Assembly (NCBI GenBank): GCA_030599585.1
Contig: JAUVNS010000002.1
Coordinates: 128,001 to 192,000, forward strand
Source of the DNA: Promethearchaeota archaeon
Lineage (GTDB): Archaea > Asgardarchaeota > Lokiarchaeia > Sigyniarchaeales > SOKP01
Reading direction: 5' to 3'
Length of the DNA stretch: 64,000 bases
Position numbers and translations under genes: made by a program. Under the pieces are notes generated by a model. That model saw only the letters and a list, made by a program, of their open reading frames with translations. It was not told the origin of the DNA and made no database searches. Positions 9,717 to 19,358 of the stretch are shown here, one piece after another (positions within the stretch are counted from its first letter, which is position 1; every line of letters starts with the position of its first letter).

Positions 9717-10916
9717 TTAAAATTTATGCAATTTCACTCCACAGTTTTTACAGCGACTATCGGTTAAATCTTTAAAACAGTGCTCATGGTAAAGGGTTTT
9801 GCAATTATCACATCTTAAGATATTTTGCAAATCTTCAAATATAAAATTGCACACCGGACACGAGTTAAACATATCATCCGAATCTAAATCGCTAAAATTG
9901 ATTAGTTCTACATGTGAAAGTTCAGGTGGTTTAGGATCTTTTTTAGATTTTATTCTTGGTTTGACAAGAGAGGTGAGCTTTTGAACTTGAGATACTTCAG
10001 TTGGAATTTTTAACAAATAGAAGCAATGAGGACATCGAACTGTTCCCGCTTGTTTCATTTTTCTGTCTTTTTGAGAATTAGCCCAAGAAGATAAGCAATG
10101 AATATGATAAGGAGTTTGACAATTCGGGCAATAGCGACCGCCAACATAAAAGGAACTTTTAGTGTAGGGATTTACATTTGAAAAGCAGATCGAGCATTTT
10201 TTATAATCTACTAAGCCTCTTATCTGTAACAATCGTTGTTCTTGATCTTTTGTCAGATCTTGGACTCTTAAAAGATCAGCTGATATTTTTCTAATAAAAG
10301 CAGGATTTTCAATAGCTGAAGTTGTCCCATCGCCATAAGTTTTAATATTAGATCCTGCTAAGTCATGAGCCGCTTGTAATAAAGATTGAGCGTCATTATT
10401 GTAATAATAGTTTCCCCCGGTGAGGTCGCTCATCCTTTTTAAGATATTGAGAGGAGAGAGTTCACCCAATCGAAATGTATCTATCTTTACATTCAATCCT
10501 TGAGCTAAACGCGCCATTTTCAAAGGATCAATAGAAGTTGTAGTAAAATTGCCATCCGAAATAACAAGGATTCGAGGAATTTTAGCGGCGATCTTCCGTA
10601 ATTCAGAAATAATTAATTTAATAGAAAGTCCTAGGGCTTCTCCCAAAGCAGATTTTCCAGAAACTTCTAAATCATCTAATACTTCAAAAAGTTTAGTTTT
10701 ATCGTTTGTAAAATCAATTATTTTTTTTGGCTTATTCGAAAAATTTATTATTGCAAACGCGCTCGATGTATCTTGAGCAAATCTCTCACTAATTAACTTT
10801 TTTAAAGCATCTATACTACATTTAAATCGATTTGGGGTATAATCTGCTCGATACATTGATCTGGAGGTGTCGATGCAAACTACTATGTTTTCTGGGTGCC
10901 GTTCGGACAAATTCAA
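9717..10916 (-). CDS. vWA domain protein with two C-terminal C4HC3 RING-like zinc fingers
   Basis: MIDAS DTSRSM and ISDG; CSIC..CPNC..HIHC..W..CPHC and CPVC..CDNC..HEHC..CKNC. Confidence 0.85.
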   Translation of the reverse strand: MNLSERHPENIVVCIDTSRSMYRADYTPNRFKCSIDALKKLISERFAQDTSSAFAIINFSNKPKKIIDFTNDKTKLFEVLDDLEVSGKSALGEALGLSIKLIISELRKIAAKIPRILVISDGNFTTTSIDPLKMARLAQGLNVKIDTFRLGELSPLNILKRMSDLTGGNYYYNNDAQSLLQAAHDLAGSNIKTYGDGTTSAIENPAFIRKISADLLRVQDLTKDQEQRLLQIRGLVDYKKCSICFSNVNPYTKSSFYVGGRYCPNCQTPYHIHCLSSWANSQKDRKMKQAGTVRCPHCFYLLKIPTEVSQVQKLTSLVKPRIKSKKDPKPPELSHVELINFSDLDSDDMFNSCPVCNFIFEDLQNILRCDNCKTLYHEHCFKDLTDSRCKNCGVKLHKF

Positions 10917-11089
10917 ATACCGTTTAAGCTCTTACTAGAGCCCTTAATTAGTTCTAATTATGAAATAAAATAAAAAGAATAAATAATTATGTTTTTTCAC
11001 AAAACTAAAATTTTATTAATTAGATATTTTACTATAAAAGTAAGTTACACTATAAATTAAAGTAAAATTGATTTTAAATCCGATGTATT

Positions 11090-12298
11090 ATGTCTGAAGA
11101 GGAAGCAAAAAGCGTTGTGATTAAAGACTTTTTCAAAAGGTCTGTGTTAATCAACGAATTAGATGAAGTGTTAAAATTCAAACCAGATTCGTTAATTGGA
11201 ATTGATCAAATTTCCTCAGACAAATTAGTAGAAAATAATGTAAAAACCATCGAGGAGCTAGCGAAACTATCGATCGAAAGTCTTCCAACTATTGAAGAAA
11301 TTCCTCCTAAAATTCTTCACAAATGGGTAAGAATCGCACAAGTACTTGAAAAAGCAATTAGAGAGAAAATAAAAACCCATAAGAAAATTTTAATGATAGG
11401 TTTAGATAATGGGGGAAAAACTAGCATTTTAGCAGTTCTCCAGGATAAATTTTCAATTATTAAGTCTCTTCTCCCCACAAGGGGAGTTAAACGCGAAAGA
11501 CTGGACTTTTTTGGTTACCCCATACTTAGTTGGGATTTGGGAGGTCAGGTGCAATATCGCGAAAAATTATATTTTAACAGACCTGAATTGTTCTTTACTG
11601 AAGCTGATTTAATACTTTATGTTATCGACACACAAGATAATGATAGATTTGCTGAAGCTGCAAATTATTTCCGTCAAGTATTAAAAGCATTGGTAGAATT
11701 AGATGAATCCCCTCCAACCATGATAGTTCTCTCAAAGAGCGATAAAGATATTCGAACTTCTCTCGAATGGCAAAATAATGTAACTGCAATAAAAAATAAA
11801 TTCAACAACATAATAGGCGAATATGGAAATTTAACAATCAGCTATTCTGATACAACTATATATCAGAAAGAAACTATAATGCAAATGTTCAGTGAAGCTT
11901 TGAAATTAGTTTCTGAAACTTCAGAGATAATTGAGAATATCATAGAGGATTTTACTCATACTATTGAAGGCAAAGCTGCGAGCTTAATTTCAATGGATGG
12001 TTTAATCTTTGGAAGCTTCACGAGCTCAGATATTGATGAAGCCTTGTTAAATAATACAGCACTAATTATGCAAACGCTTTCGAACTTTCATAGCTCGATA
12101 GGGTTAACTAGAGAACCATCAATAACGCTTGATTTTCCCTTAAATGGATTTTCAATTCGAGGAGAAAAACTTTTTGAATATTCTGAGCTAAAAATACCTG
12201 TATATTTGTGGTTACTTAGTGATAATTTCGAGCTATTAAAGGAGAAAATCGATTATTTCAAACAACAGCTACTACCTTTGATAAATTTATTTCTATAA
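11090..12298 (+). CDS. Arf-family small GTPase with N-terminal HhH-like region and C-terminal roadblock-like domain
   Basis: G1 GLDNGGKT, G2 PT, G3 WDLGGQ, G4 SKSD; C-terminal AASLISMDGLIFGS roadblock-like strand. Confidence 0.85.
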   Translation: MSEEEAKSVVIKDFFKRSVLINELDEVLKFKPDSLIGIDQISSDKLVENNVKTIEELAKLSIESLPTIEEIPPKILHKWVRIAQVLEKAIREKIKTHKKILMIGLDNGGKTSILAVLQDKFSIIKSLLPTRGVKRERLDFFGYPILSWDLGGQVQYREKLYFNRPELFFTEADLILYVIDTQDNDRFAEAANYFRQVLKALVELDESPPTMIVLSKSDKDIRTSLEWQNNVTAIKNKFNNIIGEYGNLTISYSDTTIYQKETIMQMFSEALKLVSETSEIIENIIEDFTHTIEGKAASLISMDGLIFGSFTSSDIDEALLNNTALIMQTLSNFHSSIGLTREPSITLDFPLNGFSIRGEKLFEYSELKIPVYLWLLSDNFELLKEKIDYFKQQLLPLINLFL

Positions 12299-12411
12299 CC
12301 AAATATTTTTTCGTAAGTTATCATTTAGGCTTTATTTGCTCAAAACTTCTTTTGTTGAAATTATAACTTTGAAAATAAAGAATAGAAAATGTAAAAAAGA
12401 AAAATTCTACC

Positions 12412-12951
12412 ATGGTAAAACATAGAAAAACGGGAGCATATGAACACTTTTGTGTTCTTATTTTCGCACAAGGAATTTGGAAAGAAACTGATAAGGACAG
12501 TGTCAGAAATTTAATAATGGAAAAACTAAAAAGTTTGAAAGGGGCAACTTATAATATATTCCATAAGTTAACTTATCGAGATCAGATGCCTATTTATGCG
12601 GATTGCCATATATGCCAACCTATCTATAAAATGTTTGAGGAAATTAAGGGGAATAACGATGGGATTCTGTATCAAGGCCACCACTATCTTATTCCAGAAG
12701 ATGATTTTGAAGACATGAAACATTTAGCAAACTTGATTGTTTCTCACAGTAAAGTTAAAAAAATTTATTTATTATATCTTGATGGTTTCAAAGAGATTAA
12801 GAAAACTATTCTAAGCGAAATGAATTTAGAAGAATTTAAAGAAAAATTAAAATTCAAAAAATCTAGTATTAATGATTTTATCTTGATGATTGACAATAAT
12901 AAATTTAAGAATAGAACAGTCTATGAAATATCTAAAAGCCATTTCCTTTAA
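12412..12951 (+). CDS. Hypothetical protein
   Basis: 179-aa ORF with one CxxC and no recognised family. Confidence 0.6.
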   Translation: MVKHRKTGAYEHFCVLIFAQGIWKETDKDSVRNLIMEKLKSLKGATYNIFHKLTYRDQMPIYADCHICQPIYKMFEEIKGNNDGILYQGHHYLIPEDDFEDMKHLANLIVSHSKVKKIYLLYLDGFKEIKKTILSEMNLEEFKEKLKFKKSSINDFILMIDNNKFKNRTVYEISKSHFL

Positions 12952-12983
12952 AATATATGTACCTTAAATTCCAGTATTTCTAC

Positions 12984-13193
12984 TTACAGTTCAAGTTCTT
13001 TTCTTGCTGAAAGTAAAAATTCGGTACTCTTATCCATCATCTCGATTGCTTTATCTAGCTTTTCTACTACTGTAAGTAAATTTTTCTCTCTCGCTATTTC
13101 TCTCCATTTTATAAAACTTTCTTTATGAGAATCGTTATGATTCGCCCAATGTTCGCATAATTTGGAAAGTTTTAGAATTTGTTTATCTACCAT
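12984..13193 (-). CDS. Small His-rich helical protein downstream of CODH (possible metal/Ni-binding)
   Basis: HWANHNDSH..F.KW motif; co-oriented directly after cdhA. Confidence 0.6.
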   Translation of the reverse strand: MVDKQILKLSKLCEHWANHNDSHKESFIKWREIAREKNLLTVVEKLDKAIEMMDKSTEFLLSARKELEL

Positions 13194-13286
13194 AATATTG
13201 TCTTTATTGATAATTGTGCAAATAAAAAAAAAGTGATTATTAAAATTGTTATTCTAATTTTAAAATAAAATAAAAAAAGGATTTAA

Positions 13287-15641
13287 TTATCGACATATTC
13301 TCTTTAAAAGGGTAGGATCGATTATTTCTTTAGGTTGCCAATCTCTTTCCTTAAGATATTCTTGAACTTCTGTTTTCAAATTGATAGGAATATCAGCTTC
13401 AACCCGAATGAACTTTTCTAAGTCGTTTGGAAAGTCTACTCCTTTATATTTTCGCTCTAAATCAATCCAATGAGATAATTTAATCATACGACCTTTACTA
13501 TTATCGGCAGGTCTTATTGCTAATTTTGCTACAAGGCAAATAGCTTGTTCTATTGATTCTGCGGTTGTTAAAAGATGCTCAGGAGCGGGTCCAATTAAAT
13601 GATTCGCTGTTCCATCCCTTGCGTTAAATACAGTCCAAGTTTCTTCATCATCTGACCGGCCTATGTATAACCGCCTATATTCTGAGGCGTGTGGTCCGAT
13701 AACTGCAGGGATACCCAAACCGTTTGCCATGCTTGCGATACTAGCCGCTTTCTGAGAATAAGCCCCCCAGGCTACTCCAACGGCCCCTACGCGATTTAAG
13801 ATGTAATCTGCAATTTCTTCATAATTGCCCCTTAGAGGTCTTCTAGCGAATATGTTAGCAACTTTACATGCTGCTCCGGCAATATGAGCGTCAGCTACAC
13901 AGGATCCAACATTTACGATACAGCCTCTATCAAAATCTCCGGGATACCGATCATAAATGGTTTTACCATCCTCATCTTTAACCAAACCAATGTCCATAGC
14001 AGCACAACCACTTACAAGAACGATGTAATTACGTTTACAGAATTCTTCCGCCATTGTATGTAATTCTTGAATCTCGTGAGAATAGTTACTGCAACCGATT
14101 ATTGCAACAATTCCAGGAATTTCGCCTAAAACGATAGGAGCGCCAACATTTCGTATTTCCGTGTCGAGAATGGGTCCCCTTCCAGAACGACAATTATATT
14201 TTTCGTTTTTAATATAATCTCTTGCTCCATGGTTTATTAAAGTAAGAGGAGAAACATTCTGCATGCAATCCTCTTCGCACCTTCCACATCCGAGACACTC
14301 ATGGAATAGGTCGCCTAAGAATGCAAAATTACCATCTTTTGCAAGATTAACTCCTTCTACAAGAGGGAGATCGTTTGGACAATTTCTCTGACAGTTTCCG
14401 CAACCGTTGCATCTCATAGCCATGGATTGACAACCCGCATCATCTGGTACAGCACTCTTCCCTTTTCTTAGCGGTTTAATTTTGATCGCAGTTTCAGCCG
14501 CTACAACTCCAGCTTTAATGGGATCTAATATTAATACGCCTTGTTCTCGGCCACTTACTAAGTCGTCAATGATTTCTGATACAGGATCGTCAGTTCTATC
14601 AACTAAACCCCCCATAACTTTTGCGTTAGTTGTAATATAAGGTGCTCCAACAGCTTTAGCCTCCTCAAATGTCCTTAAATTAACACATTGCTCATCAACC
14701 ATGACAACATCCGCAAAACCTAAACGAATGTAGGGAATTTGTCTTGAAAAAGAACCAATAACTTTAGCACCTTCGTAATATCGAGTTAAATCGTGAGCAG
14801 TACAACAAATTGCTCCTACATCGATTTTTTCATCGTAATTTTTTTCTCGCATATAATCAACTAACTCTACTCCTGGAGCTACGTTGTGCCCAATCATAAG
14901 AATTGTTGCTTTATTTGTATCCATTGTTCCCATGCCAAGTTCAACAATTGGAACATCTGGATCACCTATTGGCATTCCGTAGGCTACCATTTGCGCTACA
15001 TCAGAAACTTCCATCCCAACGGTATCGCATAGACCGGCTAAGAAGCTTTTTGCTTCAAAATCAAGATTACTTGATTCTTGGCCAGTATGACCAGCAGATA
15101 AAAGCTGAGTGATAGTAAAGTGAACCCAATTCATTGCAGTTTCTAAATCCTCGAGATTTTCAGGTTTCATACCAACAATTAATCGAGTCATTGGCATTTC
15201 AACGGCAATGCTATTTCCCATGTTTAGAGGAACATTACCGTATTTCTCTTTTAGCCAATGGAGTAAGTGATCACCATGTGATGAATGACAAGCTGCTCCC
15301 ACACAACAAGCTATTTCGACAATTCTTGATTGCTGTGTCTCCGAGTTAATACCGCACGCCCCCCGTCTTCCTTTTGAGAGGTTACATTTTCCATAAGTAC
15401 ATAAACAACAGAGGTCACAGATAGGCATATAAAATGGTTTATATCGTTCCAGGAGCTTAAAAAACCAGGATCGAAGTGTTGGAATTTCAGGTTTTGGATG
15501 GGGTCCCATTGGTTCCCATTCTGATTCATCTCCTTCTCTTATAATATTGCCAGCAGTGAGTTCGAATCCTTTAATTTGCCCGAAAGGACCAGAATAACTG
15601 TCAATTTTGATTTTTGCGCCTTTTTTTTCCATAATTTCCAC
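13287..15641 (-). CDS. cdhA: CO dehydrogenase/acetyl-CoA synthase complex alpha subunit (archaeal type)
   Basis: CDLCCLCTYGKC, GAACHSSH, IGHN, GAICCTAHD, two CxxCxxC ferredoxin motifs, GSCVAD, WGAYSQKA; start may be ATG at 15632. Confidence 0.97.
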   Translation of the reverse strand: MEIMEKKGAKIKIDSYSGPFGQIKGFELTAGNIIREGDESEWEPMGPHPKPEIPTLRSWFFKLLERYKPFYMPICDLCCLCTYGKCNLSKGRRGACGINSETQQSRIVEIACCVGAACHSSHGDHLLHWLKEKYGNVPLNMGNSIAVEMPMTRLIVGMKPENLEDLETAMNWVHFTITQLLSAGHTGQESSNLDFEAKSFLAGLCDTVGMEVSDVAQMVAYGMPIGDPDVPIVELGMGTMDTNKATILMIGHNVAPGVELVDYMREKNYDEKIDVGAICCTAHDLTRYYEGAKVIGSFSRQIPYIRLGFADVVMVDEQCVNLRTFEEAKAVGAPYITTNAKVMGGLVDRTDDPVSEIIDDLVSGREQGVLILDPIKAGVVAAETAIKIKPLRKGKSAVPDDAGCQSMAMRCNGCGNCQRNCPNDLPLVEGVNLAKDGNFAFLGDLFHECLGCGRCEEDCMQNVSPLTLINHGARDYIKNEKYNCRSGRGPILDTEIRNVGAPIVLGEIPGIVAIIGCSNYSHEIQELHTMAEEFCKRNYIVLVSGCAAMDIGLVKDEDGKTIYDRYPGDFDRGCIVNVGSCVADAHIAGAACKVANIFARRPLRGNYEEIADYILNRVGAVGVAWGAYSQKAASIASMANGLGIPAVIGPHASEYRRLYIGRSDDEETWTVFNARDGTANHLIGPAPEHLLTTAESIEQAICLVAKLAIRPADNSKGRMIKLSHWIDLERKYKGVDFPNDLEKFIRVEADIPINLKTEVQEYLKERDWQPKEIIDPTLLKRICR

Positions 15642-15878
15642 GAAGTTATTTTTTTGAATTATAATTCATTCTAAAGATAAATAGAACTAATTATAGTGTT
15701 ATTAAATTATTAAACAATTTATATTTTTTATTGAGAGAATAATTGTGTGAATTTAAAGATATTTAGAATATTCTAAAATACAAATTAATAATTTATTTTC
15801 AAAAAATTAGTGTGAATTTTCATTCATTGCATTTCATCGTTCAGATTTCTATAAGATGAAGAGATTAGAAACTACCCT

Positions 15879-16475
15879 TTAAAGGGAAGCTAAGAAATCA
15901 GAAACAGCGGCGTCAGAAAGCTGTTCGTCTATTAAGGCATTATCAATTTCTTCTGAGAGGAGATCAAATTTGTATGAACATTTCTCTGCTCCAGTTAAAA
16001 CGCACTCTACTTCACTACCATCAACATCAATCCCTACTATATCAAAAATGCTATTAAAAATTCCAAGATATAATAAACATAAGTTTTTAGCCAAAATATT
16101 GCCTATTTCTTGGGTTGCTAAAGAATCGTACACATCTATGATAATGTGGTCTTTTTTAAACATCCCTGTGAGCCCACCGTACCCCATAAGCGTTAAAGCC
16201 TCGAGAGTTCCCAAGACAACTTCCTTCTTAGTCGCTAGTGTTTCATTACTCCAATCCTTGTTAGAAAAAAACTTCTCCAAAAATATTTTGCCAAGAGACT
16301 TCCCCACCCAAATCAAGATATCTTCAGCGTTGGTTCCAGCAAATTCGCAAAATTCCATTATTTCATTTGGACGTAGCATCACAAGTCGCATGTCTTTATT
16401 CTTTTCGCCCAAAAATAGTTGTCCTTCTTTTTCCTCTATATTTATCTGTAATTCTTTTTTGAGACGCTTAAACAT
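15879..16475 (-). CDS. V4R domain protein
   Basis: GYG motif, LCLLYLGIF, EVECVLTGAEKCSYKF. Confidence 0.8.
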   Translation of the reverse strand: MFKRLKKELQINIEEKEGQLFLGEKNKDMRLVMLRPNEIMEFCEFAGTNAEDILIWVGKSLGKIFLEKFFSNKDWSNETLATKKEVVLGTLEALTLMGYGGLTGMFKKDHIIIDVYDSLATQEIGNILAKNLCLLYLGIFNSIFDIVGIDVDGSEVECVLTGAEKCSYKFDLLSEEIDNALIDEQLSDAAVSDFLASL

Positions 16476-16605
16476 GATAAATTCCTTTATTATTGTTATA
16501 TCTCTTAATTAGCAATACATTTAAACAAATTTATTATAATAGAAATTTAATCGGCTAGGCTTATAAATTTATTGATACACCAAAATTTGGATAGATTTTC
16601 TAAGT

Positions 16606-17637
16606 TTAGACTAATGTAAAAATCGTGTTTACTACTTTTTCAATATTATAGCTAGTTTTAACGGAGGTAAAAACAAATTCCCAATTGTTATGCTGTAAAC
16701 TATCAAATTCAAAAAAGTCAATAATTTCTTTTTCTGTTCTTTTTAATTGTTCATCGTTATTGCTATTGTTATGATTAATTAGATCAATCTTGTTACCTAA
16801 AATAAGAAGCGAGACGCCCTTAAATTCATTTTGGTTAAATAATTTCCAAAATTCTGTCTTTGATTCTTCAAACCGTAATTGATTGGCAACATCAATCATA
16901 AACACTAATATATTCGAATCCTGAAGCCCTCGGAGCCATCTGTCTCGAAAAAAAGCTTGCCCTGGGACCGTCCATATCGAAAAAAGACCATTTTTTCTCT
17001 GGATATACTCAATGTTAAATCTTTTACTAGGTGTAAAAAAATTATCGTTAAACTTTCCTGTTTTAATTCTCCTTGTAAAGCTAGATTTACCCACTTCGTC
17101 TATCCCAAAAAGGAAAACCTTTGTAAATAATCCAGAGGGATGAAAGGAAACATCATGAGCTTTTTCAAGAGTTTCGTCCCCAAATCTTTTTATATCAATA
17201 AACAATGTAATTAAGAAATTTTCTATTGCAATATCGTCTTTAAACGAGCAACATTTTTCAATATTTAATAGTTCGTTAGACATGTCAACAAAAATTTCTC
17301 TGTAATCGTAAGGATTATCTTCTTTTTCAAATACTAATCCGATAAGCAATTCACCATTAATGCATATAGTATAGAGGTTCTGGTCTCCAATCAATTGAGA
17401 AACGGGATTACCTATTACAAACGGATGAGAAGTAGTTTGCGTAGACTTTACTACGTGTTCTGATTTGAGATTATCACAACAATTATTTTCTAGGGATTCT
17501 TGATCATGTCCTTGGATGATTTTTAACACTATATCTTTATTATCCTTCTTGTCTATATCTTCAGGATAGCTATAGATATCAAGATTGGTTAAATCATTAG
17601 ATTTTTTGCGCTTTAATAAAAATATTTTAGATAACAC
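16606..17637 (-). CDS. Arf-like small GTPase with N-terminal longin/DENN-like domain
   Basis: G1 GIDEVGKS, atypical G3 WTVPGQ, G4 GNKID, G5 TSVK; N-terminal LLIGLVFEKEDNPY. Confidence 0.8.
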   Translation of the reverse strand: MLSKIFLLKRKKSNDLTNLDIYSYPEDIDKKDNKDIVLKIIQGHDQESLENNCCDNLKSEHVVKSTQTTSHPFVIGNPVSQLIGDQNLYTICINGELLIGLVFEKEDNPYDYREIFVDMSNELLNIEKCCSFKDDIAIENFLITLFIDIKRFGDETLEKAHDVSFHPSGLFTKVFLFGIDEVGKSSFTRRIKTGKFNDNFFTPSKRFNIEYIQRKNGLFSIWTVPGQAFFRDRWLRGLQDSNILVFMIDVANQLRFEESKTEFWKLFNQNEFKGVSLLILGNKIDLINHNNSNNDEQLKRTEKEIIDFFEFDSLQHNNWEFVFTSVKTSYNIEKVVNTIFTLV

Positions 17638-17803
17638 AGAATTTTCCTAATCATTTATTCCCTTAAGGAAGTAAATAAAAAATGCTTAAAAAAAGTTTGG
17701 AATTAGCAGATGTTCTTTCTAATAAACTTTATGCTATTGACTCCTTAATAAGCAAAAAGTAGAAGCGCACCTAGTGCAAAAATAAACTTTAGAAAATAAT
17801 TTT

Positions 17804-19234
17804 TTAAGGATCGTTATTTTCTTCAGAAGAATCGGCTTCTTGTTCGGGATCGTCAGTTTGACCATCTTCAGATGGTTCAATTGGTTCTTTTTTTTCTTCC
17901 TGTGAAGGTTCGTCTGTTCCACTTTCAGGGGGTTCTTTTGACACAGGAGTCTCACACACCGGGCATTTTGACCAACCAGGTCTTAAACTATATCCACAAC
18001 TCGAGCATTCGAGCATATCTTGATCGGGTTTCCACTCGGGAATATTTAATCCCCCTCTTCTTCTTTTCTCTGCCAACTCCTGCAAGTCATCTTCTTTCCA
18101 TACTTCCATTCCCGCAGGGATTCCCGAACCGCGCTCTTTAGCTAATTTTTGCAGGTCTTCTTCGTTCCATGCAGGAAGGTTTGGTTGTGCAGCTAACCTT
18201 TTTTGAGCCTCGCTGGCGAGCTCTTCAGCAGTCCAACTTTTTAATTCTTGACCCCCCGGAGTTCTAACCCCTCCAATTGAAGGTCCAGATACCTGTCCTC
18301 TGGAGATAGGCTGTTGTGGCGCTGGTGAAGGAATCTGACAAGATGCAGCAGACAATTTTAATAAAGCTTCAAAACAATTTCCGAACCGAGGTTGGCCTTT
18401 ACCTTCATCAGAAATAAGGACGATACTTTTTTTTTCGGAAGGAAGAGGAATTATAATACCACAAACAGCAGTGTCTGATTTACCTCTCTCTGCTTCTATA
18501 GAAGTCGTAATTTTTCCCATAGAGCTATTTAAATCATCATCTTTCATTAAAAAATCGCAAATTGGGTCGCCATGTCTTTGAAATTCCTCGTGATACTTCG
18601 ATAATTGATTTTTAGTAATAGTAGAATCTAATGAATTAATTATAGCGCTTATATAGGGGAAAATGTGAGATTTAGGTTCTTTCTGTGATTCATCTAGTTT
18701 ATATCCCCTTAGATCAATGGTTCCCGTAAAAGGAGCGAACAATGGTTCTTGACCTTTAATTTTCCCATATACTGTTGTCCTCCCAACAAAACATTTTATC
18801 TCCCCATAATACGCAATAGCATTATCCATTAGTTGAACTTTGTCATGATAAGATATTCGAGGAATAGTGCGAAAAATTACATTCACCCAAGGAAGTTCTT
18901 TTACAGGAATAATGACGACACAAGTCTTAATAATTAATTCTGATAATTTTTTAAGATATTCCTTTAGTCTCTTTTTTATTTCTTTATATTTGTCTTTTTC
19001 TAATTCCGTCTCAGCCTTTTTCGTAAACTCTTTGAACTTGTCTTCATTCTTTTTTACAGAACCACCATACGATTTTAAATCTCCTACGATATTATCCTTT
19101 AAAATGAAAGTAGCATCTTTGACGATATCATTTTGTAGTTCTGTAAGCTCTTCTACTAAATAATCACTTACATCAAAATCCAAGCTGTTTATAAAGATTT
19201 GAAACAATTTCTCTTCAGACAATTTTAAAACCAT
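17804..19234 (-). CDS. Hypothetical protein with WxxE(E/D)L repeats, C-terminal zinc ribbon and acidic tail
   Basis: CSSCG..CPVC; SWTAEEL / AWNEEDL / VWKEDDL repeats. Confidence 0.7.
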   Translation of the reverse strand: MVLKLSEEKLFQIFINSLDFDVSDYLVEELTELQNDIVKDATFILKDNIVGDLKSYGGSVKKNEDKFKEFTKKAETELEKDKYKEIKKRLKEYLKKLSELIIKTCVVIIPVKELPWVNVIFRTIPRISYHDKVQLMDNAIAYYGEIKCFVGRTTVYGKIKGQEPLFAPFTGTIDLRGYKLDESQKEPKSHIFPYISAIINSLDSTITKNQLSKYHEEFQRHGDPICDFLMKDDDLNSSMGKITTSIEAERGKSDTAVCGIIIPLPSEKKSIVLISDEGKGQPRFGNCFEALLKLSAASCQIPSPAPQQPISRGQVSGPSIGGVRTPGGQELKSWTAEELASEAQKRLAAQPNLPAWNEEDLQKLAKERGSGIPAGMEVWKEDDLQELAEKRRRGGLNIPEWKPDQDMLECSSCGYSLRPGWSKCPVCETPVSKEPPESGTDEPSQEEKKEPIEPSEDGQTDDPEQEADSSEENNDP

Positions 19235-19358
19235 CCTATTCAGATTTAATAATCCTATAATTATAGGAACGAATTGAATATAAAAATTTATTTAAAACAC
19301 AATCAATTCACTATTAGATATTGATGTGTAATATTTTTAAAAGAGATGTAATGAGAAA

